64,000 nucleotides of DNA from Takakia lepidozioides (lineage: Eukaryota; Plantae; Bryophyta). The translations under genes were made by a program, and so were the position numbers. Numbering within the stretch: the stretch's first letter is position 1; each line of letters opens with the position of its first letter. The notes under the pieces are model-generated. The model was given only the letters and a program-made list of their open reading frames with translations. It ran no database searches and had not been told where the DNA came from. The DNA lies in contig CM060733.1 of the NCBI GenBank assembly GCA_030704615.1, positions 28,272,001-28,336,000 on the forward strand, written 5' to 3'. Shown here one piece after another: positions 53,810-64,000 of the stretch.

Positions 53810-54730
53810 TATGCCTTCTGGACTTGTTTGGCGGGATCAGCACTGGATTGGCTGCAGTACTGCAGGCAGGTGTACGAGTTTGACGTTACCTGTATGTGGA
53901 GAGGGATGAGACTGCATGACGCGTCTCACTGCGCCATGTTGCTCAGTTGGTACAGCAGTACCCTGATTTGTTGCCAGTGTCTGCAGTTCGTGGATACCAA
54001 CAAGTCTTGCCAGCAGACATTTCGTTGCTGGGGGCGCAGGATTTAGAGCGGGTTGGCTCCATTGATCTGGTAGTGGCAGGTTGGCCCTGCTAAGAGCATT
54101 CATCAGCCGGGCATGGCAATGGATTGCGAGACTCGAGGACGGGTCTGTTTTGGGAGATGGTGCGGATTTTGCGCCACTTGTAGCTTCATCAAGCTGTATC
54201 TCCAGCATACATCTTGGAGAATGTGCCACTGATGGATGATTCTCGGGCCAGGGTGATGGTCAGTGTGCATCAAGTCCGGTCGTGGCTTGGGTCAGCAGTG
54301 TTGCTGGATGCAGCTGCAGTGGGGTCATGGGCTCATCGTCCACGGCTATGGTGGACTAACTTGATGTCACCCGCACTGCTCAAGCGTGCATTTGATGGGG
54401 TGCAATGGCCAGCACACCTCACAGTGGATAGCATTTTGGACACAGGGAGGCAGTCTCAACGTGTGAGACACGATGACCGTTTGCCTTTGGCAGTGGTCAA
54501 CAGGGTGGGTCAACCACGAGCAGCATTACCTACACTGCTCAGCTTCCCAGGATCCCATGCTTTTCGGGATGGTGGACCTGGCCTCTTGTGGGATAGCCAG
54601 TTGCAACAATTAGTGGAGCCCAATGCTGACGAGCGCGAGCGGGCGATGGGTTTTATCACAGGTACCACGGCGGTGCCATCTCTTTCTGAGGCATCACGTC
54701 GTCAGGTGTTGGGGCAAGCAATGGATCTCA
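53810..54730 (+). pseudogene. DNMT3-like cytosine-5 methyltransferase domain within pol
   Basis: LDLFGG (53818), YVE, DLVVAGWPC (54079), LFWE, ENV (54217), AHRPRLWWTN, ERERAMGF, RQVLGQAM; same frame as RT. Confidence 0.92.
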
Positions 54731-57700
54731 ATTGCTTGACCTGGATTATCAGCTTGGCTATGGCTGAGCAGCGCAGAGTACGGAGTACACTTCCCTTCAT
54801 GATCTCCCTGCCTACCGAGACGGTACAGGCAGCGAGTGGGGGCGAGCAGGTGAGGACCACGAGGTGCAGGCCGCATCCATGGCACACGTGGGAGGTGCTC
54901 GAGGTTCAGAAGGAGTTGGCAGCCAAGGCGGCGGTGATGGATCGGGTTGGGGATTTTTCTCGGATTGAGGAGGTCCTCAAGGATGGGATGATGGGGCAGG
55001 ATGAGACATTGTCACTGACAGAGGAGGCAGTGGTCACTGCTCAAGAGGTTGCAGCATAGCAACCACGGGACACGTCTTCTACCTCTAAGCCTGTTGGACT
55101 CAAGGTTGCAGTCACGGAGGACAACTGGGAGCCTGATGTTGGACCTATAGTCACCGGAGGAGAGAGACGACGTATACGGCGGTTCTTGAGGGCTTACAGG
55201 AACTGCTTTGCCTTCAATTTGAAGGACTTAGGAGCAGTGAAGGGTCAAGAGATTCGCATTGAATTGGCTACTGACACGCCAATCTTTCGGAGACCCTATA
55301 GATACAGTGACATGGAGATGTCCTTGATTCAGATGAGAACTCAGGACCTTTGGGAGGCTGGTTTGGTGGAGCTATCTGGGGGAGAGTATGCTTCAGCCAC
55401 AGTGATGCCAGCCAAGAAGGATGTCTTTGGCAATTGGACGGAGAGACGTATGTGCGGTGATTACCGGCTTGTAAATCGTCAGACCAAGTCCGATAGGTAT
55501 GCCATGCCAATACCATAGGAGATCTTTGATGCCATTGGGCATGCCAAGGTCCTTAGCATGTTGGATTTACGATCCGGATATCACCAGTTGCCGATCAAGG
55601 AGGCGGATAAGCAAAAGACGGCATTCTGGGGGATCAATGAGCACGGGAAGGATTGCCTATACCAGTGGCGGTTCTTACCATTTGGGCTTAAGAACGCTCC
55701 GGCAGAGTTTCAGAGAGTCATGGACAGGATTCTAGCAGGGGTGGAGTTTGCTCGGTGCTACATAGATGACATCATCATCTTTAGTGCTACGGTGGAAGAG
55801 CATGAGAGACACCTTCAGGGGGTATTTGAGCGCTTGAGGGCGCACAGATTGAAGTTACATCCGGGAAAGTGAAAGTTTTTCCACAACCAGATTGAGTATC
55901 TGGGTCACATGATATATCCTGGAGGATTGGGGGAACAATAGACTAAGGTAGAGTCCATTGCACAAGTGCCACGCCCCACGGATGTGAGCCGAGTTCGAGC
56001 TTTCATGGGGTTAGCAAACTATTATAGACGGTTTGTTAAGGGATTTAGTGCCATTGCAAAGGCTCTAACCAAGCTGACCAAGGTGGACCAGGAGTGGCAG
56101 TGGGAAGATGAGCAAGAACAAGTTTTTTCAAGAGCTCAAGGCGAGGTTGACCTCGGCGCCCATTTTGAGACGACCTATCAGGGGGCGTCCTTTTCAGCTG
56201 CATACAGATTGGAGCATGTTGGGGCTTGGAGCGGTGCTCACACAGGTGGATGATGAGGGAAGAGAGTTCGTAGTGGCTTATGCTAGCCGCTCGAACAACA
56301 TTGCAGAGTCTAAGTATAGCTCATATGAGGGAGAATGCTTAGCTACAGTGTGGGCCGTGGCACACTTCAGGTGCTATCTATACGGCAATCTCTTCACCCT
56401 TGTCACGGATCACCAACCACTCAAGTGATTGATGGAGTCAGACAAGCTTACGGGGAAGCTTGCACGATGGGCACTCATCCTTCAAGAGTATGACTTTCAG
56501 GTGGTGCATCGACCGGGTTTGGTCAATCGCAATGCAGATGGGTTGAGTCGCAATCCATGCACGAGCTAGCAGGATGACACTGGAGCTCGGTGGCATGGTG
56601 AGACGGACGAGGAGATGGTGCCCGGATGGCATGCATTTACATTTCTGTGTATCTTGGCAGCAGAAGGCCAGGTTGGACCTGCAACAGGGATGACTATAGA
56701 TCAAGTGTCTGAGGACCCTGAGGCCAGCAATGAGCAAGGTGGCGCCAAAGATATACATGAGGATTCAGTTGTGTTGGACTACCTCCGCACTGGAGACACT
56801 GCAACTACTGTGACTGCCAAGGAGAGGGATCAGATCCTACAACGAGCCAAGAGGTTCAAGTGGGAGGGGACACACCTGCTCCGAGTGTGGGAGGATGGTC
56901 GAGTGAGGATTGTGCCTCACCCAACACAGCGGGCACGGTTAGTGCGGCATGCCCATGAGGAGTTGGGGCATTTTGGGGTGCGACGCACTCATAGTCTACT
57001 GCAGGGGCAGTATTGGTGGCGTGGTATGCACACAGAGGTGCAACAATTTGTGGCTAGGTGCATGGTGTGTGACAGGGTGCGTGCTTCATTGAACGCCCCT
57101 ACTCCACAATTGCACCCTCTTTCGATCATGGGATTGGGCTACAGGTGGAGTCTTGACTTCGCAGGGCCGTTGCCAGTGACCATGCGCCACAACAAGTACG
57201 TGTTGGTGATGGTGGAGCACTTCTCCAAGTGGATTGAATTGGTTCCATTGCCTGATAAGGCTAGTGAGGGAGCTGCGTATGCATTCTTGGATTGTGTGCT
57301 TAGCCGATTCGGTGCTCTAGCTGAGGTACTCACGGACCAAGGGAGAGATTTCTTGGGGGAGTTTCAGGCTTTGTGTGACAAGGCCTTGATAGACCACCGC
57401 ACCACTTCTCGGGATCATCCTGAGGCCGATGGCTTGGCAGAGAGAGTTGTTCAGACAATAAAGAGGGGTTTGCGCAAGTATGGCTTGCAGAAGGGACACC
57501 TAGGAGATTGGGACCTTCAGTTCTCTGGTTAGCCATGGGCTACAAGTTCAGCAAGCAAGCATCACTTGCCTCCTTCTCACCATACTTTCTTCTCTTTGGC
57601 CGAGAGCCGGATTTGCCTACATCCATTCGCAGAAAAGCTGCTACAGTTCTTAACCTTGACGATCCGGACGTGTGGGCACGTGCATGTGAGCAGCGTGCAG

Positions 57701-58050
57701 AGTTGTTCAAGAAAGTCATGCCCATGGCTTTCGAGAACCTTGCCATTGCACAACATCGTGATACGTTGAGGTATGCTACCATACGTGCTGGGGGCTATCG
57801 TCCTGGGGTTCGGAGATTCAACCCTGGTGACTATGTTTCTCTGCAGCAGACTGCTTCTACGACCTTGGATGTAACTGCAGGACGTACTATTTTGAGGGTT
57901 CGAGAGGTGTTGCCCTCAGGAGTCCTGATCTTGGAGGGTCGGGATGGCATGATTTGGAAGGACCATGTGCGTAACTGCGCGTCATGTCACCTTCCAAATG
58001 TTGATGGAAAGGTTGACCCAAACCTGGCAGTGGTACCTGCAAGTTTGAGG

Positions 58051-58190
58051 TGCATGTTGTGTGGGTTTGCTAGAGGGGCAGCCACCATGCTGATGTGTGA
58101 TCAATGCTCTAGAGGTTGACATATGGGATGCTTGACTCCACCTCTTGAGATGGTTCCTGATGGGGATTGGTTATGTCCGCATTGCATTGG
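58051..58190 (+). other. PHD finger at the integrase C-terminus
   Basis: CMLC..MLMCDQCSRG*HMGCLTPPL..VPDGDWLCPHC. Confidence 0.9.
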
Positions 58191-58451
58191 ATAGTGGGAG
58201 TGGATACAACCATGGAAGGCTAACAAGAAATGCAAGGCCAAGCTACTAGGAGACCAACACACGAGATCCTGACTCAAGTTCACAGATTGCAAGACGGCAA
58301 CTAACGATGGGGTTGCTCTTGTACCCGGCCTCTTGGTCTATAGAGTTTGAGTACAATAGGGACAGTGATAGAGGACTTAGTACGGCTGTGGCTATTACAT
58401 CTTGTAGCTATCTGGAGTTAGAGGGACCTAACCACCAGCTAGGGGGGCGAT

Positions 58452-59048
58452 TGTGGTATAGCTTTCTAGGATTGTGTGCTTAGATTGTGTGGTGGACAAC
58501 GATGTATGTTGTGGCACGATGCTTAGGTGCACGACAGCTGTCATGGTTTTAGTCATGGTTATCTAGAACTACCTACTTCTAGTTAACTAGGACATTTTAG
58601 ATATTTATATTTAAATTTTGTGTGTTGGAACTTCATTTGGTCTCACATGCCAAGTGAGGTGTCGAGCCTCACTTGAGACATGGAGATAGGTTTTCCCCTT
58701 GTGAGTGTTGAGGAGGCTCATCTTCTTGTAGTTGAGCCTCCATGAACTTCTCTCACCTCCATAGCTCTAGGTATTGAGAGGGAGTGTGTTGAGGGCTTTG
58801 TAGGGTGGATTCCTTTAGCAAAGGTGCCCTTGGCTTGACTTAGTTTATGTGACAGAGTGGATTTCACTTGGAAGGACTAGGGCTTGTTCTTCATGTGATT
58901 GCTTCATGCTTTGAGAGCTTTCATTGTCTTCTACTTCTCTCATTTCTCATCTCTTATCATTGTGGTATAGCTTTCTAGGATTGTGTGCTTAGATTGTGTG
59001 GTGGACAACGATGTATGCTGTGGTACGATGCTTAGGTGCACGACAGCT
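58452..59048 (+). repeat. 3' LTR (58452-58959) followed by a partial tandem copy of its first ~88 bp
   Basis: TGTGGTATAGC..TTATCA after the PPT; TGTGGTATAGC restarts at 58961. Confidence 0.75.
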
Positions 59049-59055
59049 CCTACAG

Positions 59056-59625
59056 ACGTCACTCCCAAAATTTGGTGGTGAGAACTTCTATCTATGGAAG
59101 TTCAAGATGTCCATGGTGCTGAAAGAGAGAAAGCTTTGGAACATGGTAAAGGGCACTGAGCGTAGACCTTCAGAAAGTGATGCTGTAAATAGGTTGCAGT
59201 ATGATAAGAGGGATCAGAGGGCACAGGCCTTAGTTGTTCTAAGTTTACAGGACTCTGAATTGATGCATGTGCGTACAGCTACAACTGCTAAAGAGACATG
59301 AGATAAGTTGGAGGCTCAATATGAGCAGAAGGCATTAGCAAACAAACTATACCTTCTTAGAGAATTGTCACTACAGCTAGATGCAGTGGGAGAGTCAGTG
59401 AGTGATGGCATGTTAGTAATGATTTTATTGTTAGCTTGCCAGAGAACTATCACAACCTCATTACTGCTCTAGAGACTAGGACAAATGCTATGACGTTGGA
59501 ACTTGTAAGTGGGAGGTTGCTGCATGAGAGTTGGAGTTGAAGATGAAGATAGAAGGGACATCTTCAAGTGATGAAAAAGCTTTTTATGTACAGAAGTTGA
59601 AGGGGAAACCCAAACAAGAGTCATA
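59056..59625 (+). pseudogene. Ty1/Copia gag fragment
   Basis: LPKFGGENFYLWKFKM..LW; TAKET*DKLEAQY; SLPENYHNLITALE. Confidence 0.85.
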
Positions 59626-59828
59626 TGGACCCTAGTTATCATTCCTGACGTGACGTGGCGCTGACACGTCGGCCGTCACGTCATGTCGAATCCGGACGTT
59701 TGCCCATGTAATTTTTTTTACATTTAACTTTTATGATTTACTTCTACCATTTGTAATGACATGGCAGCCACGGTGTAAAACAAACGTGGCCAATTATTAA
59801 TATTTATTAATACTTCTTAAAAAATGTG

Positions 59829-60320
59829 TCGGTCTATATTGGCGGTCGCATATAATGTATTATTTTAAAAATAAAAGCGACCGCCCATATTGGCGGTCGC
59901 TTATAATTTAATATTTTGTTAAATTAAGCGACCGCCTATATTGGCGGTCAGTTGAAGTTTATTATGTTTTAAATGAACCGACCGCCCAGATTGGCTATCG
60001 CTCGCACTTTATTATATTACTATTATATCTTTGATATATTCTGCAAAAATACAGTGACCGCCATGTGGCGGTCGCTATATATATATTTTAAATTTAGCGA
60101 CCGCCATTTAGCAGCGGTCGCTTATTTTTATTTTTATTTTTAAATGAAGCGACCGTCGTTTGGCGGTCGCTTCTTCAGTTAATTTTTGAAAAATGCAGCG
60201 ACCGCCATTTGGCGGCCGTCGCTATTTTTGTTAATAAAGAATACAGCGACCGCCATATGGAGGCGGTCGCTCGTTTTGATTTTGATTCTTAAATTAAGTA
60301 ACTGCCGTTTTGGCGGTCGC
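59829..60320. repeat. Second GCGACCGCC/GGCGGTCGC palindrome array (about 10 units)
   Basis: Same arms as 41762-43772 with AT-rich spacers; lies upstream of the 60565 ORF. Confidence 0.9.
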
Positions 60321-60429
60321 TTACTTAAGACTTCATTGCTTGGCACTGCCAACGGGAGGTGATTATTTGGGGAGGGAGGTTTTGTCGGTTTTCTATTGGT
60401 CAGTCCCACACACTTGTTCACGGTTCAAT

Positions 60430-60994
60430 CATCGTATCACCATTTTTCCGTTTTCGGATCTCCGGCGGCCTGTTTTTTTCCAGAAAACTACGAAGACACC
60501 ATCCACACGCGTTCATTGCCGTTTTCTGAGGTTTTGGACCCTGTAGTGGGCAAAGGTTTATACAATGTCGGGGGTTGTGAATTCAAGTTCTGGGGCGGGG
60601 TCGTCTGGAGGTCGAAAGAAGAGAAAACGTGCTCATGAGCGGGATAGCCAGGTCAACAAGCCAGACTACCCGAGACCGGATGCCTTGGATAGGGTGAAAG
60701 AAGTGGTAGTGGATTATTTCAAGGGTAGGGACACGATGAGGCTGGAGAGTGCTTATGTCAGGCATGGATGGGAGGGGTTTCAGATTTTCCAGCAAAATAT
60801 GGAGAGGAAAATGACAAACGCTTTGGCGGGGCTTAAGTGGACGGCGGACAGAGACAAACCGAAGTTCAATCGGTGGATCCAAAGCAGGGCAAAAGACGCC
60901 ACGTGGAATTTGAGGCAGCTAATGAAGACATGGAAGAGTAGAGCAACTGAGGGTCGAGTGCCCTCCGCCGAAGCTGAGTTAATGCGGCGTGTTG
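60430..60994 (+). other. Second copy of the 39100-39727 repeat ORF, cut by an LTR
   Basis: Near-identical translation to ORF 38981-39595. Confidence 0.7.
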
Positions 60995-61002
60995 GCTTGC
61001 TC

Positions 61003-63213
61003 TGTCGCGGCCCTTTGCCTTGAGGGCAGGAGGTCGGGACACGAGAGGGGTTGCCCCTGTGGTGGGGGCAGTGGCAACAATAGATGCGGGGGCTGAAGCA
61101 CCCTTGAGTACCCAAGGCACTCAAGGAGGCGGAGGCGCTCACTAGGTGGAGCCCCGCACACCGGTTGCGGTGGGGGGTGGTTCCACGAGGGGTGGTGGTA
61201 GCTTAGTGGGACTTAGTGGGGGTGGCATAGGACTCACCATGGGGCGGAGACCTTGTGGTGGGAGTCGTGGGGAGTCTTGGGACTCATCACGGTCCAATGG
61301 GGCCGTGGTGGGTGGGCCAAGACTCACCGTGACTCATCACCGGGAATCGAGGGTCTTCGTGGTGGTTCGCCATAAAAAGATGGTGTTGTTTGTGGAACCC
61401 CCGCGGACAGTCAGAGAAGTATATATAGGGAGTAGTAACCCCGAGATCGGTGCAAGCCCGTTGGTGACCAAAAACTCAAAAGGGTGTTCCAGAAATTGCG
61501 GGAATGGAAGCTATATGCCAAAGCTTCAAAGTGCGAATTCGGGATCACAAAGGTGGAGTTCCCGGGGCATATGATTACACAGGATGGGATCAAAATGGAT
61601 GACAGAAAGGTGAGAGCGATCTTGGACTGGGAGCCTCCGACTTCGGTCCCGGGAGTGCGATCATTCCTAGGACTCGCCTCCTATTACCGGAAGTATGTGA
61701 GAAATTTTGCCAAGATCAGGGGGCCGCTGTCAGACCTTCTGTGTAAATCCAAAGTCTGGGTATGGAACACCTTTTGTGGCCAAGCTTTTGCCGAGTTGAA
61801 GCAGCGGATGGCGGAAGCTCCAGTCCTCAAAATCCCGGAGTTCGACGTCCATTTGAGATTCATACGGACGCGTCGGACTTCGCAATAGGGGGTGTGCTCA
61901 TGCAGGATGGACGTCCACTGGCTTACAAAAGTAAGAAATTGAATGAAGTGAGCGACGGTGACCTACGCATGAGAAGGAAATGAAGGCGGTGGTGTATTGC
62001 CTTGAGCATTGGTGCCACTATGTTGGTTCCAACCCGGTGAAGGTGTTCACGGACAATTCCCAAAACAACTTAGGTGGCAAGATACTTTGGCAGTGTTCGA
62101 CGTGGATATCCAGTATAAACCGGGACGGGACAATGTGGTGGCCGATGCTTTAAGTAGAAAGCAGCAGCTCATACTGGTGTACAGGGGCGAGACGGCGCTC
62201 CAAAGGAAGATCCGGAAAGCTTACCGGAAGGATAAGATGGCGAAGTCCGTGATGCGGGACTTGAGGATGGGGGTTAAATCGCAGTTCCACTTGCAAAATG
62301 GACTACTCCGGTATAAGCAGAAACGTCTCTACGTGCCGAAGGGAGGGATCAGATATAGTCTCTTGAGAGAATGTCATGATGGCCCGCTTGCGGGCCACGG
62401 CGGAGCCAAACGCACCGCGACACTCTTGAAGAAAGAGTATTTCTGGCCCAAACTGAGGGAGGAGGTCGAGGAGTATGTCAAGACATGCACCACATGCCAA
62501 CAAAACCGGAGCGAGTACAAAAACAAGCGGGGCTGTTACAACCCTTGCCGATTCCAGAGGGGTCTTGAAAAACTGTCTCGATGGATTTCATGACTGTTAT
62601 GCCGCTGTCAAAAGGATTCGATGCGATCATGGTAGTAGTGGATAGGTTCAGTAAAATGGGCCATTTCATCCCCACCAAGGAGACGGCAACGGCACATGAG
62701 ACGGGGCGACTTTACTTCGCCCACGTCTTCAAGCATCATGGACTCCCGAAGGATATTATCTCGGACCGAGATCCAAAGTTTATGAGTAAATTTTGGAGGG
62801 CACTTTGGAAGAAGATGGGGACGAGGCTCAAGATGAGCACCGCCTTCCGACCTACGACGGACGGCCAAACGGAAAGAGTGAATTCCGTGGTGAAGCAGAT
62901 CTTGCGGAATTACGTGTCGGCAGACCAATCAGACTGGGTGGAGCATTTTTGGACGCGGCAGAGTTATGTTATAATAACACAAAACACTCCACAACGGGAG
63001 TTTCCCCTTTCGTGTTGGTCTATGGAAAAGCACCTCTGGTGCCGACAAGTTGGGCCGCCTAGGACGTTGAGGAACCGGCAGCAGCGGCGGCACTGGAAGA
63101 ACACGAGCGTTTGTTGAAGCTCGCAAAGTACAACATTGCCAAAGCTAGGAAACGGTATGAACGGCAGGCGAATCGGAAGCGGAGGAAAGTTAAGTTTGAG
63201 GTAGGCATGGAGG
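61003..63213 (+). mobile_element. Internally deleted copy of the 18606-25580 chromovirus family
   Basis: LTR start TGTCGCGG at 61003, fused at ~61476 directly to mid-RT; RNase H and integrase with frameshifts. Confidence 0.92.
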
Positions 63214-63768
63214 CAGGCTACTCATCTTGCTACGATTCACAAGGAGCTTACATCCCACCTCGCAGAAACTCAAAAACAATACAAATAGTATGCAGATCAA
63301 CATCGCCAATTCCAACCCCAGTTCAAGGTCGGAGAACGTGTGTGGCTTCTTCGACGGGACATACAAACCTCGCGACCATCAAGGAAATTGGATTATCAAC
63401 GCCTGGGACCATTCAAAATTATTCGATAAATAAATCCAGTCAGTTTTCGGCTTGAACTCCCACGAAGTATACGCATCCATCCAGTCTTTCATGTTTCATT
63501 ATTGGAGTTGTATCATCTATCGAATATTCCAGGGAGAGTTTCCGTACTACCTCTACCAATCGAAGTCAATCAGGAAATTGAGTATGAAGTCGACGAAGTC
63601 CTAGACTCTCGCATCAAGTATAAACGTCTTGAGTATTTTGTACATTGGAAAGGCTACGACATCAGCGAATGAACGTGGGAACCTTCATCCAACCTCGCCA
63701 ATGCCTCTGACAAAGTCCAAGAGTTTCATCAACGATATCCAGCTAAGCCCCGAGCTACACGTCAATGA
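63214..63768 (+). pseudogene. Integrase C-terminus and chromodomain of a different (Tcn1-like) chromovirus
   Basis: [50 protein letters not shown]. Confidence 0.8.
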
Positions 63769-63829
63769 GACGTCACAACAACGTCGAGTTTTGGACAACT
63801 GCAAAAGGCATGGTGGGGGCCTCTGGCAG

Positions 63830-63968
63830 TGTAGTTGTTCGAGCTAAGCTACTGGCAGGAGCCGATGGAATGTGGTCAAGGGTGCGGAAAATCATGGTGC
63901 CAGAAGATGCTCCCCGTTACTTGAACTACCTCAATTGGAACGCAGTTGTCTACAACCCTAATGGAGAG
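63830..63968 (+). other. Exon or fragment of an FAD-dependent monooxygenase
   Basis: RAKLLAGADGMWSRVRK (DG motif), followed by a possible GTGAGT donor. Confidence 0.55.
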
Positions 63969-64000
63969 TGAGTCATCATCTTTCGTCTCAGGATTCCTCA

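Larger units (their letters stand above)
52705..58959 (+). mobile_element. 5'-truncated, decayed Ty3/Gypsy element encoding protease, C5 DNA methyltransferase, RT, RNase H, integrase and PHD finger
   Basis: LLDSGAQ; DNMT motifs; YIDDII; HTDWS; SLDFAGP..VLTDQG..GLAER; PHD; PPT AGGGGGGCGA then LTR. Confidence 0.92.

Overview
Eukaryotic, spliced, transposon-dominated 64 kb, most consistent with a non-flowering land plant (inference). No intact host gene was recognised. It holds two CACTA elements. CACTA-1 (terminus at 493) has its transposase split by an 11.3-kb Mutator-like element (1798-13114, 9-bp TSD). CACTA-2 (terminus at 15776) has a TnpA-like gene with an FCP1-type phosphatase domain, split by a young full-length chromovirus (18606-25580). 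Further along are captured gene scraps, a decayed hAT transposase, a Gypsy element with an in-frame DNMT3-like methyltransferase and PHD finger, and Copia and Gypsy fragments. The main candidate for a new system is a ~1170-aa, 10-exon gene fusing a ParB/Srx-like (DGNHR) domain to a beta-class N6A/N4C DNA-methyltransferase-like domain. It lies head-to-head with the transposase in the MULE, and a homologue with the same intron positions lies head-to-head with the hAT transposase. The MULE copy has 11 copies of a 24-bp palindrome (9+6+9) in its introns. Two larger arrays of a 24-bp palindrome with the same geometry occur elsewhere in the window. All calls are from motif recognition by eye; no searches were run.
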